Assembly (NCBI RefSeq): GCF_018977255.1 | Contig: NW_024704743.1 | Location: 86,120,001 to 86,184,000 of the forward strand | Source: Callorhinchus milii | Lineage: Eukaryota | DNA length: 64,000 nt | Direction of reading: 5' to 3' | Part shown: in pieces, positions 12,031 through 24,342 of the stretch | How the letters are laid out: every line of letters begins with the position of its first letter | Numbering within the stretch: position 1 is the stretch's first letter | Translations under genes and position numbers: made by a program | The notes under the pieces: generated by a model | What the model saw: the letters and a program-made list of their open reading frames with translations, nothing else | The model's database searches: none | What the model was told of the DNA's origin: nothing

Positions 12031-15000
12031 GTACATTTTATCTTTCAAATGTTAGGAATGAAGGATTGTTTACTGGAACTTTGTTCATTCTTATCTTTCA
12101 TTTTTTATCTTTCAGGATATAGTTTGCAAACTAAATCTATTATTTTACCTTTAAGGAGACAAGCATTTGCCATGTGTTGAAACTGGATTGATGGTGAATT
12201 CTTTCAGTCCTTCAATATAATAATAATCCTCCATTGTCACATCATCCAAGGCATCTCAAAGCGCTTCACAGAATAGGCTGTATACATGCTCATTCCTAAT
12301 AATTAGAAATTATTTTGTTAGGAATTATTAGTCATAATTAGATTTTATTTGTTTTGTTGCGACTAGAGACTAGTGGGGATGTCTTTGTCAGCATTAAACT
12401 GCAACTTGTCAAATCAATGTCCTCCTAAAACATTCAGAGGGGCGCTTTAGTACTGCCTGAGCACACAACCATGAGAATTTCCTTAGAATATGCCATATAT
12501 CATCTTCCCTCTATATCCTGCACTTGCTGAATTATCTGATTGCTGTTCACCATTGTGGTAATTATCTTTGCTGCTACATCTGATTGAACAAGCTAAACTT
12601 TGTTTAGCTAAACTTTGTTGTGCCAGTCTGGTACATAGAAATATGTCTACCAACCATTCGGGGGATTGTGCAATACTCGTTACTTATTAGTTGGCTGGGT
12701 GGTTAGCTAAATTCCAAAAAACCCACTTAGCAAAAACCCATACTTTAGCAATGAATAAAAATAAGCATCATGGTTCATTTCTTTCACTGTCCTTCTCCCC
12801 TTCTTCCCTCGAAAGTGTATGCTAACATGACTTAGTGCTGTAGAAAGATCGGACTGCTGTTTTAGTGCTGAATTTTAAGCAGCTGAATTTCTATGAGACT
12901 ACTGAAGGAAATGACTGATTATACCACAAATCCATGAGGAAAATCTGAAACAAAAACAGAGATCACTGAGAAAATATCTGCCTTGTTCGTGACTATGCAA
13001 GTGTTTGCATTACAAAATGATTTGAAGAAAATGTTTTGGGGAGATTATTGGTGAGGCAATACATTTTCAAAATTCTGTACCATCTCTTTAGCTACTTAAT
13101 GATTTGCAGTCTGTAGCAAACATTTGTGAGCTGCTATGTGATCACACTGATGTGCTCAGGTTGCAAATAGAGTCTGGGAATCATTTGTAGACCTTTTTTT
13201 GGCAAACAGTACAATCAGATTAATTTCCTTTAAAACGCACTGACAGACGAGTAGTTCAAATGAACAAACAATTCAGCTTGCTCCATACGTCTCATAAAAG
13301 TTGGGAGAAGCTGTGGTAGTTCAGCACACTGTAAAAAAAATGTAAATGCAATTAAACTATTTTTATTTTGAAATGCAAAATGCACGCTACTGTGTTCTCA
13401 AGCTGTAACTGGCATAAACTCAAGAATTTTTATATTACTGTGGTCATTCTGAATCATTATTTGTAGATGCTATTAAAGCTCATGATTTCACTCAATGTTG
13501 CCTGACAACGCAATTTTCATAATGTAGTAAAATTGGGAAAACGGTTAACAAAGTGATCTATTCGTCAAGCTGCTAAACGGAACCTAGTCCTGCAAGTCTT
13601 CAGTCTGCAGCTTTGGAATCGGTTACTACTGTTCTGCATTTTGAAGATGCCTCTCTTTACTTATCCAGACATTTTTTAAGATTAGATAGGTTGTTTTATG
13701 TACACTATTTTTAAAAAGGCATTAAACGTTCCACAAGCTTGGGCCTGAGAACTACTGCTGGCAGTCACTCCAACGTTTTGGGTAAATAAGCAAGTTCTTC
13801 CCGTTTTGGACTTAAACTACTGAATTGGTAGNAAAAACATTCTTCCTTTAATGCTGAGTTGTAGCTGCTATTGGCTAATCCTGGAAAGAGATTGATGGTA
13901 ACTGCAGTCTGAGAGATCTTCCCAGCTGAAAGATATATAAACTCCCTTCTCTTTTTGAATAGTGCACTAAGATATTTGACATCTGGCTGGAGAGGGAGAC
14001 TTGGTTTAATGTCTCATTTGAAAAGTGGCTCCTCTGACAATGCAGCACTCCCCAAGCACTGCATTGGGGTGTTTGATGGGGGTGGGGGTTCAAGGTGCCA
14101 AAAAGGTGGGTCTTAAGGCAGGTTGGTAGGGAAGGAGGGCATGAGGTGGAGAGATTTGCAATTCTGAGTAACAGAATGGCTAAAAGCTCACCACAGTTTA
14201 CAAATTTCAGATGAATTTAAACCATACTTTTATATATAGCTAATTGTAATCTCACATATTTTTAAGATTCTGTTTGTGATCTAAGAATTATGGTATTTGG
14301 GTGGAAATTTGAGAATTATGAATTGTATTTAAATGACCTGTACATACACACTGAAGTGTAAATAGATTAACATTTCTAGAAATGTATACTAAGAGTTTTA
14401 CCAGAGCTGATGTAGAAAACCTTTTGTAACGGGATTTCTCGTCGGGATTTCTCAATGGGAAATCCCAAGTAGTAAATGGGGACTCCTCCTGGTAATGGAA
14501 AGTAAATTGTGCCCATATGCAGGAGCTGTGCTGACACTTTGGCATTCCCACAGGCCAGCATAGTTACTGAAAGCAGTCTTCATTTATGACTTTTATTAAA
14601 TAAACCCATTACAAATGGTTGTAAATTAATCCCCCATTGTCAGTGTTTTATGCTATGAAGGGATTTCACTGCAATCAGCAGTATTAACCTTGCTCAATAA
14701 ATCATTTCATCAGATAGATACCCATGAGCTGACTTAAGTGTAATGTAGAACCACATTGCAAATTAATAGAGATCTAGTCCCCAGGTAACAGTGTAAACCT
14801 ATATTCCATTTGGGCACAGGATACTCAACTTTAACAGAAATGTCAAGCAGTTTGTTTAGGCTTCACCACATGGAACCTGAGTATTTTGTGCTTTGGGAAG
14901 TAGTGCTTCAAGTAGGACATGACACTGTAGTGGACGTGAGTAGTACAAACTCATCATGTGGCAATTGAATCTTAACAACATTCATAAATTTACTAATACA

Positions 15001-16939
15001 ATAGTTAATCACAATTGTGATGCATTTATTTATGGGGAAATTTTTGGAAAGTCCTTCTCTTTCGACCATTTTTTTCCCCTCTCAACTTCCCACCTTATTT
15101 AGTTCCGAATTTGACACAATATAGACCAACAGAGAGGAAGAGTCTTACATTACTTTTTTGTAACCCGTTGACTGGATGTTTGCCTTCAGATCACTGACTA
15201 CCTTGCCCTTTAGCTTGTTTAATTTTCTTCTGCCTCTGAGCCACTGTCTCGCCTCAGCTTGACATAGCTGTAATTTGAGAATTTGCTGTGGATCACAGGA
15301 GGGGGAAGGGCAAGAAAATGGGGAACCTTTATCTTCTCATCAGTCAACTCCTCTATTGTTAGACAAAAATCTTTGGATTCCCTATTCCTCCCCACCCTCC
15401 CCAAAAGCTATCCCTTTTTCTACCACCACCCCCCGCCCCAAAGAAAGCCAAACCCGCTGCAGTTTTCCATTCTTTTAGTGCATTCTGGGAGTGCCCAACT
15501 TCCTCTCTCGCTGCGTATCAGAACTTTCCACTGAATCTTGGCAGAAAAATACCTCCAAGTCATTGTCCGTTTGCAATCAATACAACTTTAACTGTTAAAA
15601 GGTGCCTTTCCCACAAATAAGCACCTCTGAAGTATTTCCAGAACGTTATTGTTAAATGAGTGACAGAGCTGCAGGTTGGTATCACCTTTTATTCTGCAAA
15701 GTACAACTTTAGCTGTGTGTAGTGCTTCTGAAGTACGTGAACCAGACGTTCCTGGTCACATTACTCTGTTTAAAAGCAGCATCAAATGATGAGTGTTTTC
15801 ACGCATTCTACAAGTTCACATAGTGTTTAGATAAGGAATTTAATTTAGAACACATTCAAATTTCATAAGCCATTGTTTAATGAGGCTTTACTTAAACATA
15901 GCACTGTTATGGCTTTGTGCACGCACATGAATCAGACCTCCAAATTCACATATTCAAAAGACACTTTTGAATATGTGAATTTTCTTTAACTGTATACCTA
16001 CTTTTAGGGCACACTAGTATGCTAAAAAGCTGAGTTAATCTTAATCAGAAAGTTAGTCACAACTTTGAGGGATCTGATATGGTTCAGAGACACAAGAAAT
16101 GTTTGGAAATGCAGGGTTCTAGGTTTGTTGCTTTTAATGCTTGCCTTTTACTGGTAGGTTAGCTGCTGCTAGTGCAGTAAAATGCCGGACGTTTCTCGAG
16201 ACTTGCAGTAGATGATGGATTGGGATTTATGGGTTACCGCACAGCAGGAAGATCAGCAACAAGTTTATTGAAAAGCCACAGGAAACACCATCTGCACTTC
16301 TGATGCTTAGTGAAAGGAATGCCTTTTGGATTTTTGAAGAGGGGGAAAAAAATGACACATCTCATGTCTTTAAGTGAGAGAATGTGGTGGTGACTGGCCT
16401 TTGAGTCTGGATCTGTAATGGGACACAGTAGCAGGCTGGATGCTAAAAAAAAAAGCATTGGAATGTCTGATATACTGTTGTTTGTAGCAGTTTGTTACTG
16501 TAAGATAAAAGTAATGTTGTTAGCTGTGCAATGCTTTAATTCCCAATAGATCTCATGTAAAACACCTCCCTGAACCAATTTTCAGTATGACGTATTTGTG
16601 TGGCAATATAAGACAAAGTAAAGGCAAAGAGTTGCCAAGTTTAAGATCGGTCCTTCCTCTTGTGTTGCGGTCAAATTATCCATTCTGTATTAAACGTCTA
16701 ATGTCATTAGAGTTGGAGTAACTTCAAAAGTTGGTTTGTTTGATGTAACCAACAACCTGCTGCTGTGCGTGAGAAATGTAATTGGAGCTGGACAAAGAAT
16801 AAACCCTTAGTATTACACCAGAGGCTTGTTTGTGGACAGAAAAAGACATGCTTTCACTGATGTTTTCCTTTTCTTCGATGAGGATATTTTCCTGCAAACA
16901 TTGAAATAATCTACACTACTTGGATCATAGGATGCCAAA

Positions 16940-17350
16940 GCCTGACTCAGTTAGTAGCAATCTCGCCTCTTGAGTCAGAAGGGTCTGAGTTCAAGTTCCA
17001 CTTTGGGATTTTGAACTCACCATCTAGGTTGACATTTCAGTGTAATGCTGGAGGTGGAGTGCTCTGCATTATTGGAGATGCTGTCGTTCAGATGAGATAT
17101 TGAACCAAGGTCCTGTCTGCCTGTTTAGGTGGATATTAAAGATCCCATGGCATTACCTAAAAAGAGAAGGGAGATTCTCCAAGTATCCTGGCCATCAATC
17201 CCCTAAATAAAATTGGTTGCTCGCTTCATGACTGTTTGTGGGACACACATGAGCTGCTGTGTTCGCTTACAAATAGACATTTACTACACTTTACAATAAA
17301 ATCCTGTGAAGCGCTTTGAGCCACCCTCCTGGTGTGAACGGCATTATTAT
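16940..17350 (+). mobile_element. Family B Deu-domain SINE
   Basis: gactcagttagtagcaatctcgcctcttgagtcagaagg..gttcaag head (A/B-box-like), Deu-type body, gtgaagcgctttg tail. Confidence 0.8.
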
Positions 17351-18514
17351 TAAAGCACTTCTAAAAAGTTTCTCTGGCAGTAGGAAAAGAACAGTGTTCA
17401 TAAATCACAGCCATTACTTTCTCACTGCTCCTTGCTGCTTTTTGTAATGGAACTTAATTGAAGCTGTCTTAATCACAACTTTCTGGTGTTATGACTTCTA
17501 GCTCTTGAAGTCTGTGTTGTGTTGGAGGAGAGAGAGGAGGAGAGGATGAGAACATTTAAAATAATTCAGATGTACAGTTTTATTTTTTTAATTAAATTTA
17601 ATCTTATGTTCGGTAGTTGAGGAGTGCTGGTGCTGGGTATTGGATCATTTTCTCATTTCGGGCATATCATGTTGGTATCTAATATTTTACTGTTGGGTAT
17701 AGCACCATTAGATGCCACTGTCCCATCCTCAGCAAGAACACAACCTCCTGTACCAATGTAGCCATTGCCATTTTGTATTCCAGTCATTCTAACACTCAAA
17801 TGAAATTGAAAGGTTGTGAATTAGAAAATGCAAAAAGATTTTATTCAAAATATTTCTGTCTCCATTGTTAAATAGACCACAAATACTTTATCTCTGTGTC
17901 ATTATAGTGACAAAGCCCTTATCCCCCATAAGTTTGTTTTATCACTATCTCTATTTCACACAAACTCAGACTAAAACTTAGGCAATGACTGAAATATGTG
18001 AATCTTGCCACCAATCAATCTTTAAACCTTGGAGTACGATTGAGGTTAGATTTGATCCTGAATTTGACCTCCATTTCCCACTATGAATGACCTCAGATTG
18101 CAAGTTCCAAATTAGCACTGACTTAAACCAGATCCACCTCCGTGGTAGGTCTCACATCAGTGCCAATTCAGATGCCTGCTGGTACAAGCTGCCTTGTTGC
18201 CTCAATCTCAAAAAGGAAAACATTCCTTTTTATTCTCACTTAGTCATCTGCGCTGACGTCCCTCCATCGTCTCCATATTTATTCTACAACTTATCAGTGT
18301 GAAAATATCTTAGAATGGGCATGATTGCCGCATGTGCACGCAACATCTAATGCACAGCATATAATGTGCATCTCATGATGATGAGTGTGCGCCGATTGAA
18401 AGCATGGCCATTTACTACTGCGGGCGGGGCTTCATCCATTTGACTCCTTTTAACCTTGCCCTAATATGTAAGGTGGACCGAGCTGGACATGTAGTGGGAA
18501 GCATACCAGACAGT

Positions 18515-18750
18515 GCTTTCCCTCCTGATTGGCTCCTGTCAGTGCCTCCACACCTCAGGTGCTGACAGCATCGCCACCCATGGATGCACTATACACCTCA
18601 CTCAGCCTGTCCAGAATTCTGGTGTCTTGTTGGACCCTCAAATGTCCTTTCTACCCCAAACTATACTTTACAGTATATTCTGTGAAGCGCTTTGAGATGT
18701 CTCAACGGTGCGATAAGGCGCTATATCAAATGCAAGGATTATTATTAATA
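18515..18750 (+). mobile_element. L2 fragment abutting a SINE tail
   Basis: ctcctgattggctcc...ttggaccctca (L2 RT remnant), then tttacagtatattctgtgaagcgc...aaatgcaaggattatta. Confidence 0.7.
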
Positions 18751-19106
18751 TTAAAGCGGAGAAGTCTGTGTGACTTGTACCTAAAAATTGTATTTATTAT
18801 CATCAATAAGGAAGCTTGTTTTAAGTTCAATAAAAAAATCTTAAAATGCTGTGGTTTAAAGCACTGCAATTTGAAACAGGATTCCTTACCCTAACTGGAA
18901 GCACATCACATTGACTAGCAGGAATTCCACTCCAAAAGAAGTTGTCACAGCAAAAAATTAATGGGAATTATTTCCATATTCCTGAATTAAAGAATCCTTG
19001 TATTCCAACAGTATCTCAGATTGTTCCTTTTGCTTCTGCTGTAAATGACTCCCTAAAATATTGGTTGAAGATTACAAAATTCAAGATACATTTTGTTTCT
19101 AGTTTA

Positions 19107-19882
19107 CAACAACAACAACAAGATTCCATTTATTGAGCGCCTTTCACGTCAGGAGGACGTCCCAAGGCGCTGTACAGTTGGGTCAGGACCCGAGTAAGGG
19201 GGAAATGGTCAGGGTGAGGGGAGGGAAGGGAGGGAGCGAGGAGGGGGTAGAGAGTCGAGAGGGGAGCTGAAGGCACGGTCAAAGAGAAAGGTCTTGAGAC
19301 CGGCCTTGAAGGAGGAAAGGGAGGAGGCGGCGAAGGCACTGGGGGATACAGTTCCAGAGCCTAGGGGCTGAGAGGCTGAAGGCCCGGCCACCGATGGTAG
19401 GGCGGTTGGGGCGGGGGATGTGGAGCAGACCGGAGCCCGAGGAACGGAGGGTACGGGCAGGTAGGTAGGGGGATAGTAGGTCGAGAGGTAGGAGGGAGCA
19501 AGGCCATGAATGGCCTTGTAGGTGAGGGTGAGGATCTTGAATTCGATCCTCTGGGGGACGGGGAGCCAGTGGAGGCGAGCGAGGGTGGGAGTGATGTGGT
19601 CCCGAAGCCTGGTGCGGGACAGTACATGAGCTGCAGAGTTCTGAATGACCTGCAGCTTGTGGAGGGAGGTGGTGGGAAGGCCGGCGACGAGAGAGTTCCC
19701 ATAGTCCAGCCTTGAGGTGATAAAGGCGTGGACCAGAGTTTCAGCAGCGTGAGGGGTGAGGTAGGCCGTAGTCTGGCGACATTCCGGAGGTGATGGAAGG
19801 CGGTGCCAGTTGTGGCGCGGATATGAGGGAGAAAGGACAGCTCAGGGTCGAACAGAACCCCGAGGTTCCTGGCTGGCTTAGT
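19107..19882 (-). mobile_element. L2 LINE 3' fragment (CpG-rich, relatively young)
   Basis: rc of L2 tail (caacaacaag...ctttcacgtcaggaggacgtcccaaggcgc); minus-strand LHKLQVIQNSAA / HWLPVPQRIEFK remnants. Confidence 0.9.
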
Positions 19883-19988
19883 TTAGAGGAAAATCACAGT
19901 TGCATTGCAAACTTAATGGAGAATATTTTAGTAATTATAATAAATGTAATTTGTTTTGTATGACTAACACACTCCTCATTGATTACAG

Positions 19989-20091
19989 TATGCTCGCAGA
20001 GAAGCTGAATATGACGCCTGAAGAAGCTGAGCGATGGATTGTCAACTTAATTCGGAATGCAAGACTGGATGCAAAAATAGATTCAAAACTG
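19989..20091 (+). CDS. eif3e: eIF3 subunit E, internal coding exon (exon 11)
   Basis: gattacAG|T acceptor, CTG|GTATGA donor; 103 nt encoding (S)[34 protein letters not shown]; phase compatible with both neighbours. Confidence 0.97.
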
Positions 20092-20165
20092 GTATGAGCT
20101 TATTTTGTATACATTAGATTGGTACAAATCATTTCAAATACATCACATATTAAAGAGAAAAATCA

Positions 20166-20486
20166 GGAGTCCTGTAGCTCAGTGGTTAGAGCACTCGCTT
20201 TGCAAGCGAGAGACCTGAGTTCAATTCCAGGCAGGGCGAAACCTTGGGCAAGTTTCCTTACTCCACACAGAGCCTAATAATAATCCCTCCAAAAAACAAA
20301 AACAATAATAAATTGGTCATTTTCAATCTATGACTGTTTGTGGGACATTGCTGTGCGCAATTGTCTGCCGCGTTCGCCCACAAATATACAGTCAACTCAC
20401 TTTACAGTATATTCTGTGAATCGCTTTGGGACGTCCTCCCGACGTGAAAAGCGCTATATCAAATGCAAGGATTATTATTATTATTA
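20166..20486 (+). mobile_element. Full-length tRNA-derived SINE, family A short variant (tRNA-Ala(TGC)-like head, Deu-like body, L2-like tail)
   Basis: ggagtcctgTAGCTCAGTGGttagagc (A box), ctcgc-ttTGCaa-gcgag arm, GTTCAATTCC (B box); tail gggacgtcctcccgacgtgaaaagcgctatatcaaatgcaagg(att)n; several near-identical copies. Confidence 0.92.
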
Positions 20487-20739
20487 AATGATAAAAGGAC
20501 ATCCAAACCCTCTTCCAGTCCATATGCAATCTCCTTGACCATGGATTCACCTGGTTCCTGAGAGAGTTTGCATAGGTGGGTATTAATTATCCAAGTGTAT
20601 CGGGCAAAATTGCTCAATATTTATCCATTTTCAAACTAATTTCACAAAAGAACGAAAGGATTGGACTAAGGAAACCTTATTTAACCATTTTTGGCACAAT
20701 CCATATTGGCTTTCAAAATGTAAAAAATTAGATAAAATA

Positions 20740-20870
20740 CCTCGAAAGGAGTCAACTACAGGTGTATTGCGAAAGGATAGGGAAATGAGACTGAAAGGAT
20801 TTCTCTTATAAAGTAGCTGGCACATACACGATAGGCCAGATGGCCTTCTTCTGTACTGTAAATTTCTATA
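20740..20870 (+). mobile_element. CR1 3'-tail remnant
   Basis: gataggccagatggccttcttctgtactgtaaatttctat resembles the CR1 terminus at ~46140-46188. Confidence 0.6.
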
Positions 20871-21009
20871 GTTCTACATCCCGACCATTCTACGACACCA
20901 CCCATCTCAAAATTGATAATTACTGTCGAGCAGAAAATAACCTTCAAGGCCCATCGAATGAACTTCAGAGGAAACTGTAATCCAAGTTACCTATATTTTC
21001 ATGTGCATT

Positions 21010-21300
21010 GTAGGTGTCAGCATGTCTCAGTTGATAGAACTCTCAGATTTGAGTCAGAAGAGTGCAAGTTCAAGCCCCACATTTGGACTTTGAACTTGCG
21101 TAGGCCAGGCTGACTCCAGTGTAGTGTTAGAGGGAAAACTGCATCCTTAGAGGTACCATCTTTTGGTACAGTCTATAGTCTCATCTGTCTCGTCAGGTTG
21201 AAAATTTCATGGCACGGAAGGAAAAAAGAGAAGGGAGTTTCTCCCAGTGTCCTCATCAATAATCCCCCAAATAACATTGGTCATTCATTTCCTGGCTGTG
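21010..21300 (+). mobile_element. Family B SINE, degenerate
   Basis: ggtgtcagcatgtctcagttg...gagtcagaag...ttcaagccccac head; ttggtcattca body. Confidence 0.7.
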
Positions 21301-21329
21301 TCTTGCACAGCAAAGTCCTACAAATAGCC

Positions 21330-22500
21330 ATGAAGTGAATGATCAATTTTATTTGCGGATTGTTGGCCAGGACACCAGGAGATACTCCCTTCCCTTTTTC
21401 AAATAGTGCCCTGGGATTTTTACTGTCCACCCAAACAGGCAGATGGGACCTCACTTTAACAACAACAAAAACTTGCATTTATATAACGCCCAGAGTGCTT
21501 GACAGTGGGGAGCACGACCCGAGTTGGGGGTAGGGGGAGGTGACCATAGGCATGGTCGAAGAGTAAGGTCTTCAAACATGACTTGAAGATGAGTAAGGAA
21601 GGGGCAAGGCAGAGGGATAGAGGAAGAGTGTTCCAGAGTTTCGGGGCGTAGTGGCTAAAAGCTGGGCCACCGATGGTGGGGGGTTAGCAGGTGGGAGGGG
21701 TAGGGAGGTGCCAAGGCATGAAGGGATTTGAAAACAGGTGTGAGGATCTTGAAATCGATCCGTTTGGTGATAGGGAGCCAGTAGAGCCTGACTAGAACTG
21801 GTGTCATGGGGCAATGGAGTTTAGTGTGGGTGAGTATGCCGATGACGGAGTTTTGGATCAGCTGGATCTTGTGCATGGTGTAACTTGGGAGACCAGCAAA
21901 GAGGGCGTTTGAAAAGCCAAGTTGGGACATGACAAACGCATGGACAAATGTTTCAGCTGAGTCTGGGGTAAGGTGCAGTCGGAAGTGGCAATGTGGTGGA
22001 GGAAAGTGGTCCTGGTCAGGGACCGGATGTAGGGAAGGAAGGACAGCTATGGGTTGAATCTGACGCCTTAGGTTGCGCATCGGTTCAGTGAGTGTAAGGG
22101 ATAGGCCAGTGAAGTCAAGGAGGTTAGAGCTGCAGGACAGAAAATGTTGACAGGAGCCAAGGAGCATGGCTTCTGTCTTGTCAACATTTAGTAGGAAGCA
22201 GTTTGCACTCATCCAGGCTCTGATGTCTGCCAGACAATCTGACAGAACATTGACTGACCTGGAGTCGCAGCTGGAGGAGAAGTAGATTTGTGTGTCATCC
22301 GCGTACATGTGGAAATTTACTCTGTGTTTGCGGATGACACCTGAACAGGCAGGTGGGAACTCACTTTAACGCCTGAACGAGTGGACAGCCAATGGATCCA
22401 ACAACGCAGCAATCTCCTCAACACAGCATTGGAGTATCAGCCTAGACAATATGAGTTTAAAAACACGGTCTGGGGCTTGAACCCACAACCTTCTAATACA
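21330..22500 (-). mobile_element. Family B SINE interrupted by an L2 (second L2 subfamily, 21461-22337)
   Basis: SINE sequence on both sides; L2 ORF 21655..22308 (MYADDTQIYFS...YWLPITKRIDFK); ~33-bp direct repeat at the two junctions. Confidence 0.85.
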
Positions 22501-24342
22501 GAGTATTTAGAGTGCAACCATTTGATTGTTATGGTTATTAAAAATCATTATCAGGTGAATTGTGACCATCCATTGTCAGTGATGGTCCAGTACAGATTTT
22601 ACTTTGCCTTTGGTGTTACCTTGTTCCAGGCAGGAAAAAAAAATGTTTCAAAATGACCTAAATAACATTAATATAAGACAGTGGTGGCCAACCTGTGACC
22701 AGATTTTCAGAAAATAGTACTATCCGAACAAGAATTCTACAGGAAATGAAGAGATGTGTGAAGCTTTGCTGCAGCTGTTTGGGACTTTTGCAGAATGTTC
22801 AAGTTGCATTTGCCCTACTCTTGTTAAATACTGGCAACTCTTGCTGCTGCTTTATTCATTGCATTTGGTACGCAGAGTATTGGATCAGTGCACAGGCCTC
22901 CGTGGCTTTGGGTTGTACTGCATTCACAAATATGCAGCCGGGAGTCAATTACGCATCTTATTTGGGACAGCCCCTTGTGAATAAGCAGAGAGTGTGGATA
23001 ATCAGACATTATGTGAAATACAAATTGGCTGCTGTGCCAACTAAAATAATTATTCTGTCTCTATAGTACACATTGTGCCAGCCAACTGTATATTTTAGAA
23101 GTATAAAACCTACCCTTGCTACCAGCAAAATACACTTATGCATATGTGCACCAATTTACTAAAAGTAAATTGTCATTGTAAATTAACATGACATTTTTGT
23201 AGCTGGTGCTTAACCAAATTTTGACCTGGTATTTTTGATGCTGCAGATAATATTGAATTTTTGCCTATACAAATTCGAACACGACATTCAGACAGTCAGA
23301 GAACTGAGAAGAAGTTGCCGAGTTAGTTCAGCTGCTTTCCGAATGTTCCTCAAGAGGGATTCCAATTAGTTTGGATGTCCATATCCTATTGAAGGCTATA
23401 TAAATGTAAATGGCCACTAATCTAACCTTTTGGGCATCAAGGAAACTAATGTGTTTCGAGATGATGAGATTGAAAGTAGACATTTTCCTCTTCTTGGTGA
23501 TAAGATAATGTTTTGGTCAGAGCAGCTTCAAATTGTCTATCAGTTTTTATGAGCTTTGTTCAGTGGAATTTGAGCAACTGTGATGTTTACTCCTTTGTAC
23601 TCTGTTGAGATGACACCAGTTGTTTGGGACAGTTAAAATAAATGAGCCAGGGTCATTAAAAACTCAAGCATCTATGGCAGCTTTCTAGTGGTCAAGCTTT
23701 TGAAGGAGTCTTTTACATTTCTGCACCTCATCCTGATTCAACAGATTGGATTGTCTCTTTTCAATGGTCGTGGAGACTGGATTTCAGCTAATGCTTAAAA
23801 TACACTCTGCTTTATCCTGCAGGGCAAGGTATGTTTTATAGTTCTGACCTTTCAAAAGGAGAGGTTGAGTTTGGGTCTACTATTAGGGTTAGATCTAATG
23901 ACGGCAAATTGATGCCAAAGGTACAAACTGAACTGGCTGCTGAGCCTTTTCATTTGACTCTTGGATTAGAGGTAGACTAGACTTCACTGTTCTTTTTGGT
24001 GCACAATTTTCACTATTTATCTTGGCTAATTCTTCAGTACATTCTTCATTAAACCAGAGCAATGATCTGGTGCCAGTGTTTAGCTGCTTGCAATGGATTT
24101 AGTGCTAGATACAATCTACTTGGTCTGGGTGTAGCTTAAACTTGGACATTGACGTTATTGACATTGGCTCAATCTGCAGTGCATTCTTCATTCAGCAAGT
24201 ACTATGAGCTGGTGCCAGTTTCTTGGATTGGATGTAGCACCAGATGCCATTTATATGGCCGGAGTTTAGATTAATCCTAGATTTTAATGATGATTTGTGC
24301 AATACAAAATTTCTTAATATTTCTTTGAATATGTCAACAGAA

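Noticed and set aside
13515..13529. 15-mer tttcataatgtagta repeated at 25229-25243
   Set aside because: One such match is expected by chance in 64 kb of AT-rich DNA, and the flanks do not align
15784..15900. Possible intronic C/D snoRNA (ATGATGA box)
   Set aside because: No CTGA D box at a suitable distance and no terminal stem
20169..20240. tRNA-Ala(TGC)-like cloverleaf
   Set aside because: It is the head of a multi-copy SINE; the acceptor and T stems are imperfect and it runs straight into the SINE body, so it is not called a tRNA gene
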